Below the pieces are notes generated by a model. It did no database searches. It was given only the letters and a program-made list of their open reading frames with translations, and was not told the origin of the DNA. This document shows positions 25,908-34,108 of a DNA stretch of 58,052 nucleotides, piece by piece; within the stretch, counting starts at the first letter, position 1, and each line of letters starts with the position of its first letter. This DNA is from a virus. Taxonomy: Duplodnaviria; Caudoviricetes. The stretch covers positions 1-58,052 of IMG/VR virus record IMGVR_UViG_3300036770_003243. One strand, written 5' to 3'. The position numbers were made by a program, and so were the translations under genes.

Positions 25908-27109
25908 AGCGTCCCCTGTTTGGGCGAGATCTTGGCGTCCTTGACCTTGCCATCTTGGACAATGATGCGCCGCTTGCGGGCGGCTTCGATGCGGCTGCGG
26001 GCGATGTCGATGTGCAATGGCTCAAGCTCAAGGCCGACGAAGTGGAACCCCTCCAGCACCGCCGCGATGCCCGTGCTTCCCGATCCCATGAAGGGGTCGA
26101 GTACAGTCCCCCCTTGGGGGCACAAGAGGCGGCAAAGGTACCGCATCAGGTCCACGGGCTTGACGGTGGGGTGTACGTTGGCGCGGCCTTCCATCGGCTT
26201 GTTCTTGAAGTCCAGCAGGTTAGTGGCCGTGGCCTCCTTGCGCGGCATGTCCTCCAGACCCGCCTCGCGCTCCCAGACGGGGGCCTTGGCGGTGTAGAAG
26301 AACCGGGATGGTTGGTCCTCGCATGCCTCGTCCAGAGCGATAGCGGCTTCATCATCCAGCAGGACGTTGGCGGGCCAGCGGCCAGTCTTGAACCCCGTCT
26401 GCACTCGCCCCGTGTTTGGCGCGGCCATGGCCACGTTGACCGACTTGACCGTGCCGTCGCTACGGGTACAGAGCATCTCGTCGTCCCCGATGCGGCAGGC
26501 GTCGATGTTCATGGCCCCCGTCCCCCATCGCAGGACGTTCTTGGCGACATTGCCATCGATGGGCTTGCGGGCGAGCACCGCAGGCTCGACCGCTGGCTTG
26601 AGAGCCGTGCCCCAGCCGTCCCACTTGCGGGCGTCCTCCGTGGCGGGCTCAGTGACCGTGACGACCGTCTGCCCCGCGCCACCGACTGGGAACCCGCTTG
26701 GAGTGCCGTAGTTTGCCGCCCCGTTGTAGGTGCCGATCACCTTGCGCTCCGCGCCCGCCGCCTTGTCGATGGCCTTGCTGATGTCGAGGCTCTTCGGGAA
26801 CCCACTGCCGTACATCCACATGATGCAGTCGCGGATCTCAAACCCGGCGTCCTCGATGGCCACGGCCATGCGGTGGTAGCTGCGGGTCGCCCCGAATGCC
26901 GCCAAGTGCCCCCCGGGCTTGAGCACCCTGTACACTTGACGCCACAGATCCACGCTGTAGGCGATCCCCGTTGAGTCCCACTTGCGGCCCATGAACCCGA
27001 TCTCGTACGGGGGGTCGCAAACCACCGCGTCAATCGAGCAGTCAGCCATGTGCGGCAGGAGATCCAGATTGTTGCCGCAACGCAGATCGATCTTGAGTTC
27101 CGTGTCCAT
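25901..27109 (-). CDS. DNA N6/N4 methyltransferase (phage type)
   Basis: DPPY; W.YGSGFPKS; HPTVKP; DPFMGSGSTG. Confidence 0.95.
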   Translation of the reverse strand: MDTELKIDLRCGNNLDLLPHMADCSIDAVVCDPPYEIGFMGRKWDSTGIAYSVDLWRQVYRVLKPGGHLAAFGATRSYHRMAVAIEDAGFEIRDCIMWMYGSGFPKSLDISKAIDKAAGAERKVIGTYNGAANYGTPSGFPVGGAGQTVVTVTEPATEDARKWDGWGTALKPAVEPAVLARKPIDGNVAKNVLRWGTGAMNIDACRIGDDEMLCTRSDGTVKSVNVAMAAPNTGRVQTGFKTGRWPANVLLDDEAAIALDEACEDQPSRFFYTAKAPVWEREAGLEDMPRKEATATNLLDFKNKPMEGRANVHPTVKPVDLMRYLCRLLCPQGGTVLDPFMGSGSTGIAAVLEGFHFVGLELEPLHIDIARSRIEAARKRRIIVQDGKVKDAKISPKQGTLW

Positions 27110-27122
27110 GTCCCCCTCCTTG

Positions 27123-27320
27123 TCAGAAGATGCGGACGGCCCCGCAGTACTTGCACCTGTCGATCTCATCGTAGCTGTGGTAGCGCCGCCCATTGATGCA
27201 TTCAGGCACCCGCCGCTTGACCATGCGGGTGCGGCGGTCCTTCTGGTAGCACGGCCAGCACAGGCCCTTGGCGGCAATGTCGCTGTGCGGGTTCTTGCAG
27301 GACGGGTTGGTGCAAGTCAC
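27123..27320 (-). CDS. Zinc-finger protein (paralog of 18925-19140)
   Basis: AKGLCWPCY..RRVPEC..H..CKYCGA. Confidence 0.6.
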   Translation of the reverse strand: MTCTNPSCKNPHSDIAAKGLCWPCYQKDRRTRMVKRRVPECINGRRYHSYDEIDRCKYCGAVRIF

Positions 27321-27556
27321 TGTGCCCCCCCGTTCGGATCCTCTGGGATGAACATGCCCGGCCATCCAGAGGCGTTGCCCAGCATGATCTCGACCTTGTC
27401 GAGGGCCTCTTGGGCGTTGCGGTAGCCCGCCTTGGCGCGGAGAAAGTGCTGGATGTCCCCCTCCTGCCGCGAGTTCTCGGACTGCTCAAGCTCCCAGAGC
27501 CATCGATCCCTGCACTCGTCCAGCAGCTTCTGCAATGCGATCAAGTCCTCGACCAT
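27317..27556 (-). CDS. Hypothetical protein
   Basis: SD GGAGG. Confidence 0.6.
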   Translation of the reverse strand: MVEDLIALQKLLDECRDRWLWELEQSENSRQEGDIQHFLRAKAGYRNAQEALDKVEIMLGNASGWPGMFIPEDPNGGAQ

Positions 27557-27583
27557 TGGATCCTCCTTGCCCCTTACGCCGAA

Positions 27584-27609
27584 GCCTGCGGGGGTCTCCC
27601 CCCGCAGGC
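27584..27609. other. Intergenic GC hairpin
   Basis: GCCTGCGGGGG..CCCCCGCAGGC. Confidence 0.55.
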
Positions 27610-27637
27610 CCGGACTTTGCCTTGCGGCCCCGCGCCG

Positions 27638-28429
27638 CTAGTCAATCTCAAGCGTAGGGCGGTCGGCCAGCAGCCGCTCCCCCGCATCTGTCAGGCGCGG
27701 CACCCCGCCGCGAGCCCGCTCAAGCTCGGCCTCCATAAAGCCGTTCACGTCGGTCAGACGGTCGATCATCAGGTTGGCAGCGCCGCGCTTGCAGCCCTCG
27801 GTGAAGGCTTGGTACACGCCAAAGAGGCTGCGGCCAAAGCCGTGGAGATCCTCCTCCCACGCGTCCATGGCCAGCGTCACTTGCTGCGGCTTGATCACGT
27901 CGTGGCCCAAGGCGCGGCCCATGATCTCGTAGCCCCGATCGAGGTCTACCGGGTACTGCCGCATCTGCCGCCACATCTCGGACAGCGACTTGGAGGCAAC
28001 CACCCCGCCCTGCACCGCGCCGTCGCAAAGGTCGCGGATGTCGCGCAGCACGTTCTTTGTGTGCTTGCGCTGCACGTGCAGGGCGTCGCCGCGCAGGGCG
28101 AGGTTATCGCATACGAGCACCCTCGCGCCGCCGACGTAGGCAACCTTGAGGGTCTTGTCGTAGGAGTTGCGCCCCGCGATGGTGAAGCCCTGATCCTCCC
28201 CTGTGTCGTAGGTGAGGGCAAAGAAGAATTGGGCACCGTCCTTGTTGAGGCCGTATTGCTCGCTGCGCAGCTTGTACCCCAAGCGGTAGTCCACGATCTC
28301 CTTGGCCAAGTCAACCACGTCGCCGTGCGCGATCGGCTGGTAGCTGCTGGTCGCCTCTGGCTTCCAGACCAAGTCTACCTGCTCGCGGGTCACCATCTCG
28401 CCACCACAGTGCAGAATCATCCCTTGCAT
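27638..28429 (-). CDS. DUF932-like protein
   Basis: YQPI.H..RNSYDK...G.RV.VCDN..H..SLFGVYQAFTE..K. Confidence 0.8.
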   Translation of the reverse strand: MQGMILHCGGEMVTREQVDLVWKPEATSSYQPIAHGDVVDLAKEIVDYRLGYKLRSEQYGLNKDGAQFFFALTYDTGEDQGFTIAGRNSYDKTLKVAYVGGARVLVCDNLALRGDALHVQRKHTKNVLRDIRDLCDGAVQGGVVASKSLSEMWRQMRQYPVDLDRGYEIMGRALGHDVIKPQQVTLAMDAWEEDLHGFGRSLFGVYQAFTEGCKRGAANLMIDRLTDVNGFMEAELERARGGVPRLTDAGERLLADRPTLEID

Positions 28430-28506
28430 CGTATCCTCCTTGAGTCCTTGTCCGTGTCCTTGTCCGTCTACCCGCCGCCGGGGCACCGTGCCCCAGCGAC
28501 AGGTAG

Positions 28507-28535
28507 AGCATAGCAGTTCTGAAGTTTCTTGTCAA
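28507..28535 (-). promoter_or_regulatory. sigma70-type promoter P4
   Basis: TTGACA-17-TATGCT with extended -10 TG. Confidence 0.8.
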
Positions 28536-28717
28536 GCCCCCATGGCGACAACGCTGGCAAGGGCCAGCGCGCTCCCCAAGAGCAGCAGCGCCCACTCACA
28601 GGCCGTCTCGACGCGCTCGCGCACGATCCGATCGCGCTCGCAGGCTGGGCAGGCAAAGGGGGCGGGGGTGTTGCGGCGGTTCTGCTGGCAAAGGTGCTGC
28701 ATCGGTTCCTCTTGCAA
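28532..28717 (-). CDS. Small Cys-containing membrane protein
   Basis: CPAC plus C-terminal TM; TTGACA-16-TACGAT upstream (28746-28773). Confidence 0.4.
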   Translation of the reverse strand: MQEEPMQHLCQQNRRNTPAPFACPACERDRIVRERVETACEWALLLLGSALALASVVAMGA

Positions 28718-28831
28718 TCTCGCCGCTTCCTTGCGGCGTGAGGCAATCGTAGCACGATCGGAAGTGCTGTCAAGAATTCTGCACTGTTGCGAATTTCGCG
28801 GACGGCGTTAGGATCAGGGGCGGAGGTTCTC

Positions 28832-29014
28832 ATGCGTTGCTTCGCCGTTGCCTGTGTCCTGCTCATGTCCTGTTCCAAGGCCAGCGCGCCTGAGGCTTCC
28901 GCTGACGCGGGCAGCGTGGTTGAGGCGGGGGAAACAGCCACGCTGCCTGCGGACGCTACCGCAGCGGCACCCGCCGAAGATGTGACCCTCGCCCAAGACT
29001 CCACCGGGGTCTAG
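28832..29014 (+). CDS. Small lipoprotein
   Basis: SD GGAGG; LLMSC lipobox-like; A/D/E-rich tail. Confidence 0.6.
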   Translation: MRCFAVACVLLMSCSKASAPEASADAGSVVEAGETATLPADATAAAPAEDVTLAQDSTGV

Positions 29015-29386
29015 ATGGCCACGTCGCCCGCCCGCCGCCCCAAGGAATCACAGGCGGGGCCACCAGACGGTTGGCAATCTTGGGGCCAGCACGTCTTGAG
29101 CGAGCTTGAGCGCTTGTCGCATGCCGTCGAGTCCGTCCGCGAGCAGGTTGCCGAGATCCGCCAAGACGGACGCGTGGCCCAGCACACCAGCGAGATCGAG
29201 GATCTCAAGGTGTGGCGCAAGGCGCACGACGAGGTAGCCACCCCCAGCCAGCTGGGCAAAGCACTTGACAAGATTGACGACCTGCGCACCACCCAGATCA
29301 AAGCCTACACCCTGATGGCGGTCGGCCAAGTCCTCCTGACCGCGCTTGGGGGTATCGTCCTCTGGTGGCTCAAGAAGGCTGGCTAG
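29015..29386 (+). CDS. Coiled-coil protein with C-terminal TM
   Basis: Heptads; TM followed by KKAG. Confidence 0.65.
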   Translation: MATSPARRPKESQAGPPDGWQSWGQHVLSELERLSHAVESVREQVAEIRQDGRVAQHTSEIEDLKVWRKAHDEVATPSQLGKALDKIDDLRTTQIKAYTLMAVGQVLLTALGGIVLWWLKKAG

Positions 29387-31848
29387 TAGTAGTAGGTTGG
29401 ATCTTCCTGCACCCGCCCAAACATCCACGATGACAGCCGCTCCTTCTCCCACTTGCTTCGGCGCGTGCTGTCGGTGAGGTCGAACCACAGGAACCCGTTC
29501 CAGTTCCCGCCGCCGTGATGGGCCTTGACCGCCCCAGACAGCGACTCGAAGTAACTGCCCGGGACGGCGTTGCGGTTGCTTTCCAGAACATAGAACCTGC
29601 GGGGGGATGCCCCCTCCGTGCCCTTGCCGTTGGCCACCATGACCGTCAGCCCGTCGCGGCGCAGCACCGTGCCGATGGGTGGGATGCGCGGATCCACGCC
29701 CCCCTCCTTGGCCTGCCGTTGCGGAGCTGCGCGGAGCGTAGTGCGCCCCTCGCCGCCCTTGCCGCGAGTAGCGCGGGGGACAGGCTCGGACGCGCCCTTC
29801 TTGGCGGCGGCAAGTACCGATGGCAGCTTGTCGCCCAGCTGGGAGATCATGCACGTCAGCCCGGACGAGAAGTGCTCGTCGTGGCCGCTGATCCCGTAGA
29901 GGCCGTGGACGCACTCATGGACTGCCCGCGCCGTGATGATGGCCTGATGCCGTGGGATCGTCGCATCCAGCGGGATCACGTCGGGCGAGTCGGGGCGCAA
30001 GTTGACCATGCTCTTGGGGATCAACAGCTCCTCTTTTCGCAGCTCGCCTGAGTCCACGAACGGGTTGATGCAGTAGCTCCGGGCACCGCTGACCGTCTTG
30101 CTCCAGTCCGCGTAGGCAAGGGTTCCCTCGGAGAATACGAATCCCACGCAGAACTTCTCCTCGTACTGCCCAAGGATCGCGTAAATGCGGCGCAGTGCCT
30201 CCGTCCAAGCGCGGAGCAGACGGATCTGCTGCTCGCCCATGGTCTCGGGACGCCACTCAGGACCGGGCGACCAGTCCGAGAACTCGTTGGTCAAGCGCAG
30301 CGGTGGACGCCATAGCGCCAGATTCACCACGGAGGCCATGGCCGCTCCGCCCCCCTTGGCTGCCTCCTCGACCATCTCCCTGACCAGATCGGGCGGCGTA
30401 TCTTGGACGGCGGCGGGAGTGGCGATATCGGGGGCCTGCTGGGTGGCCCGCTCCTTCATGATGCTCTGGATCGCGGAGGAGACCTTGTCGGCCTTGTCCT
30501 GCTCCAGCTTGCGCTGCTCGGCCTTGGAGTCGGGCTGGCGGCGCTCGGCCATGCGCTCGTACTCGTACTGCGCATCCCACGCGGCGTTCATGGCGCGCCT
30601 CAAGCCGGCATCCATCTCCACACCAGCGGCCTCGCCTGAGCCCTCGAACTCCTCGTCGAACGCCTCCTCGCGGAATGTGCTGGAGACGTCCTTGGCCAGC
30701 CGCGTCTTGAACTTCTCCCACCACTCGCCGGGCGACCACGTGAAGCTGTCGCGGGTGTTGGTCAGCAGGCGCTTGGTGTCGCCTGTGATCTGCACAAAGA
30801 GCGTGCCCGGGACAATGCCCGCCTCGATCCACATCAGCTGCCCGCCTGCGCGGATCACGGTGCTCCCTGAGGAGTCGTTGGAGGCTGGCGGGGCCAAGTA
30901 CAGCTCGATGCCGGGGTAGCTTGCCTTCTCAGGGAACTTCTTGGCGGTGGGGGGGATCGATACGTTGGGGGCAAACTGCTCGCCGTTGACGATGATGAGC
31001 TTGCCCGGCAGCTCGCACTTGACGACGTAGCTGATGATGTCGGGAGGGCACGGCAGGCCCTTGTTGCCGCCCAGCTGGCGGGTGAGCCCAGCCTCCTGCA
31101 TGTATTCGTGCAGCTCGTTGGTCCCACGGATGTACAGGGACGTGCCGTGGCCCTGCTTTTCGATCTTGGCGATGAACGGCTTGGCGTCGGCGTAGGGCAG
31201 GAACTCGGATTCTGGCTTGGATGGCGAGATGTCCGTCCAGTGCGGGGGCACCCCACCCTTCTGGCGGGCGTACTTGACCTCGTGGCACTTGCCGTCGCGC
31301 CAGTAGTCCCACACCTCGCCGCTGCCGATCACGACCAGTGTCTTGCCGCCACGCTGCTTGGTGACGATGATGAAGTGGTCCCACGGAAAGGTGAGGAGCT
31401 TCTTGGCCTCGCCAAAGCCACCGACTGCCCAGATCGGCTTCTCGCTCATGCCGGGGACCATGAGCTTGTTGAGCAGGATGTCCTCGGTCATGCCCTTGCC
31501 GTCATCGACAGCACTGACGTCGTTATCGCCGCAAGTGAACTCGATCTTGGTGGCTCCAGCATCGAAGCTGTTCTGGATCGCCTCACGCGCCCAAGCCTGT
31601 GGAGGGTGCTTGTACCCGTCCGTCAGGGCGGGCTTCATGCGCTCCTTGCGGGATGGCGGCGCTTGCGATGCGTTGCGCTTGAGCGTGCCCGGCGCAGGCC
31701 GTCCGTGCGGCGGGCCATCGGCGGGGAGGCGCATAGGCAGGTGCAGGCTCTTGCCGTAGCGGGCCTCAAGCGCACGGGCCTCTTCCAGCGTCTCGGTCAA
31801 GTACTCGTCGCCGTTGGGGAGGCGGACGTGGAAGTTGTACCTTGGCAT
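29383..31848 (-). CDS. GHKL ATPase - zincin (HExxH) - RAMA/DUF2924-like fusion protein
   Basis: REAIQNSFDA, DDGKGM, GGFG; HECVH..GHDEHF; SLSGAV...NWNGFLWF. Confidence 0.8.
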   Translation of the reverse strand: MPRYNFHVRLPNGDEYLTETLEEARALEARYGKSLHLPMRLPADGPPHGRPAPGTLKRNASQAPPSRKERMKPALTDGYKHPPQAWAREAIQNSFDAGATKIEFTCGDNDVSAVDDGKGMTEDILLNKLMVPGMSEKPIWAVGGFGEAKKLLTFPWDHFIIVTKQRGGKTLVVIGSGEVWDYWRDGKCHEVKYARQKGGVPPHWTDISPSKPESEFLPYADAKPFIAKIEKQGHGTSLYIRGTNELHEYMQEAGLTRQLGGNKGLPCPPDIISYVVKCELPGKLIIVNGEQFAPNVSIPPTAKKFPEKASYPGIELYLAPPASNDSSGSTVIRAGGQLMWIEAGIVPGTLFVQITGDTKRLLTNTRDSFTWSPGEWWEKFKTRLAKDVSSTFREEAFDEEFEGSGEAAGVEMDAGLRRAMNAAWDAQYEYERMAERRQPDSKAEQRKLEQDKADKVSSAIQSIMKERATQQAPDIATPAAVQDTPPDLVREMVEEAAKGGGAAMASVVNLALWRPPLRLTNEFSDWSPGPEWRPETMGEQQIRLLRAWTEALRRIYAILGQYEEKFCVGFVFSEGTLAYADWSKTVSGARSYCINPFVDSGELRKEELLIPKSMVNLRPDSPDVIPLDATIPRHQAIITARAVHECVHGLYGISGHDEHFSSGLTCMISQLGDKLPSVLAAAKKGASEPVPRATRGKGGEGRTTLRAAPQRQAKEGGVDPRIPPIGTVLRRDGLTVMVANGKGTEGASPRRFYVLESNRNAVPGSYFESLSGAVKAHHGGGNWNGFLWFDLTDSTRRSKWEKERLSSWMFGRVQEDPTYYY

Positions 31849-31854
31849 CTTGCC

Positions 31855-32631
31855 TCACGATGAGAACGACTGGAGCACGGTCCCCGTCTCAAGATACAAC
31901 GGCTCGATTCCTTGGACAAGATACTGCTTTCGAAGCACGCTTGTCGTGTGCCCCAATTTGGCGGCGACGATGCCCAGCGCTGCCATGAACTCGGCCTTGA
32001 GCGTGCGCTGCACGTCGCGGGGCTTGAGCGTGTCGAGGCGGGGGCCTGCGCGGCGGATGGAGGCAAGCTCACGCTGCATCTCGGTGTTTGCGCCAAATGT
32101 GCGCAGATCCTTGGCACTCACCTCAAAGGCATCAAGGTACCGATTCACCGCGCTGGCTGACACTGGCAGGAGGCGGGTGTGCTGGCCACGGCAGGTCCGC
32201 TTGCGCTCGGCCAATGCACGCACCAGCGTGGGGTTGGTGATTGTCTTGGTCTGGTGGACGCCGCTCTTGCCGATGTAGTCGATCACTGCGCGGCTGGCCT
32301 TGAGGTCGATGTGGCGGCATTCCCACCCAGTCACGCCAAAGTGGCCGAGCTTCGCAGATGAGCTGTTGCCCGGGCGCTCGTAGGTATCGAGGATCAGGCC
32401 AACAGCAAGGGCAGTCACATCGCCATTCTTGACGTCACGCATGACTGCGGCGCGGAGCGCTCGCTCCTTGGCTTTGAGAGCCTCAATGCGCTGCGCCTTC
32501 TTGGCGTGCCGCTTGGCGACGTCCTCAGGACTGTACCGGTACTGCCAGTTCCCGCTTGGGAACAGCACCTTCTCGGTGTAGGGGTTGCGGACGAGGCGTC
32601 TTCGAAGCCTCCGAAGTGGTCTGCCCGCCAT
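31855..32631 (-). CDS. DNA topoisomerase IB (compact catalytic domain)
   Basis: RPGN, GKSG, KDLRT..AN, LGHT..V...QY give the R-K-R-H-Y pentad. Confidence 0.9.
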   Translation of the reverse strand: MAGRPLRRLRRRLVRNPYTEKVLFPSGNWQYRYSPEDVAKRHAKKAQRIEALKAKERALRAAVMRDVKNGDVTALAVGLILDTYERPGNSSSAKLGHFGVTGWECRHIDLKASRAVIDYIGKSGVHQTKTITNPTLVRALAERKRTCRGQHTRLLPVSASAVNRYLDAFEVSAKDLRTFGANTEMQRELASIRRAGPRLDTLKPRDVQRTLKAEFMAALGIVAAKLGHTTSVLRKQYLVQGIEPLYLETGTVLQSFSS

Positions 32632-32632
32632 G

Positions 32633-33343
32633 TCACACTCCCTGCACCAGCAGCTCAAGCTCGGCCACTGGCACTGTGCCACTGTCGGTTGGCGTGGCCT
32701 GATACTCGGAGTCCTTGCCAGCGTCCAGCGTCCTCACGACCTGACTGCCGTACAAGCGCACCTTCCACACGTCGCGGACGCCCCCCAGATCCTCGGCCAG
32801 ACCGATCGCCCGATCCAGTGATCGGGTGAGGAACACGCCCGCAGGCAGCTCCATCTTGCGCAGCAGGCGCTTGCGGTCGCGCACAGGGCGGGCCGTGTAG
32901 AGGGTCAGCAGCTTGCTTGCCTGCCGCGCCGTCGAATTGGGCGACTGCAATTCCTGCACCAGCGTGAAGTAGTCCGAATCGGCATCGGCATCTTGGCCAA
33001 AGAATCCCCGCTCTCCGTACTCCAGCAGGTCTTCGGGGTGCCTGATGTCGGAGGCGAACACTGTGAAGTCCAGATTGCCGTGTCCCACCTTGACAGTGAC
33101 GCTGTTGAGGAACGTCTCCGAATACGGGGAGTCGCTAAACTCGGGGACCAGCGTCACCTTGGACCCACGCCATGCTGGGCCAGCGCGGTCAACTGCCTGC
33201 TCGACTGCATCCGCTACAAGCAGCACTCCGGGCTGTGCCCTCTCGGCCACAAGGTCGAGCGAGTCCCGCGAGAATCTACGGCCTGCGTCCCGCGCAAACC
33301 TGTCCCACTGCGTCGTCGTGATGCCGTTGCGGCGCTTGCGCAT
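32633..33343 (-). CDS. Hypothetical protein, possible C-terminal ART-like fold
   Basis: MRKRRNG start; TLY..R, GVFLT, EYQ spacing. Confidence 0.5.
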   Translation of the reverse strand: MRKRRNGITTTQWDRFARDAGRRFSRDSLDLVAERAQPGVLLVADAVEQAVDRAGPAWRGSKVTLVPEFSDSPYSETFLNSVTVKVGHGNLDFTVFASDIRHPEDLLEYGERGFFGQDADADSDYFTLVQELQSPNSTARQASKLLTLYTARPVRDRKRLLRKMELPAGVFLTRSLDRAIGLAEDLGGVRDVWKVRLYGSQVVRTLDAGKDSEYQATPTDSGTVPVAELELLVQGV

Positions 33344-33661
33344 CTACTCCCCCAAGCCGCGCAGGATGCGCTCGCACCAGTCACGTCCGGGATCCCCACC
33401 CCATGCGAGCCACGCCTGCCACCCCTTGCTGTCGGTACCCCAGCGGGGGCTCCGCCCGTCTACCGCGTGTCGCTGGAAGTACGAGCGCATGCGCTTGAGC
33501 GTATTTACGCTCACTGGCTGGCGGTTGGCCAGCTGTGCAGCGCGGCGCAAGCCCACGGGCGTGCAGCAGCGGTTGCTTGGCGGTTGCTTCGCACGCAGCT
33601 CCAGCCCCTTGCGGGCGGCAGCGGCGACAGCGGGGGGCGGGGTGAATGTCAGAGACATCAC
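33344..33661 (-). CDS. Conserved phage domain protein
   Basis: T.VG..RA.QLA..KRM.SYF.RH..AW.AWGGD.G..W motif. Confidence 0.65.
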   Translation of the reverse strand: MMSLTFTPPPAVAAAARKGLELRAKQPPSNRCCTPVGLRRAAQLANRQPVSVNTLKRMRSYFQRHAVDGRSPRWGTDSKGWQAWLAWGGDPGRDWCERILRGLGE

Positions 33662-34044
33662 AGGCCAATGGAGGACAGATTGAACGCCTTGATGGCCTTG
33701 TCGAGCTTGGCCAGTGCAGCGTTGGCCTCTGCCTTGGTGCCGTCCATGGTCTCCAGCTTGACGTAGGCGAAAGTCGCGTACGCGGAGAGGCCCACGCTTG
33801 GCGCGGGGAACGGATGGGGCTTCTTGCCCAGTTCGATTGCCGCAGCAGCCTTCTTGGCCTCGTCGGCAAGTACAAGGGCTGCAAGCGCGTGCGCCACGGC
33901 CTCCATGATCCGCTCGTCCTCAGCGGGGATGCCTTTGCCCTTGCGGGACTTCTCGGTAGTGACGTGGGCGTACGCCTCCCAAATCCCGTCGTAGTCCGAG
34001 TGCTCTTCTACCTTGCTGGCGATCTGGATTCCCAATGTGGTCAT
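33658..34044 (-). CDS. Hypothetical protein
   Basis: SD AAGGAG. Confidence 0.6.
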   Translation of the reverse strand: MTTLGIQIASKVEEHSDYDGIWEAYAHVTTEKSRKGKGIPAEDERIMEAVAHALAALVLADEAKKAAAAIELGKKPHPFPAPSVGLSAYATFAYVKLETMDGTKAEANAALAKLDKAIKAFNLSSIGL

Positions 34045-34108
34045 GGCTGTCTCCTTGCGAAAAGCACGCTCGCAAACGTCTAGCACACTTCCGCTCTGGA
34101 TTCTAGGC

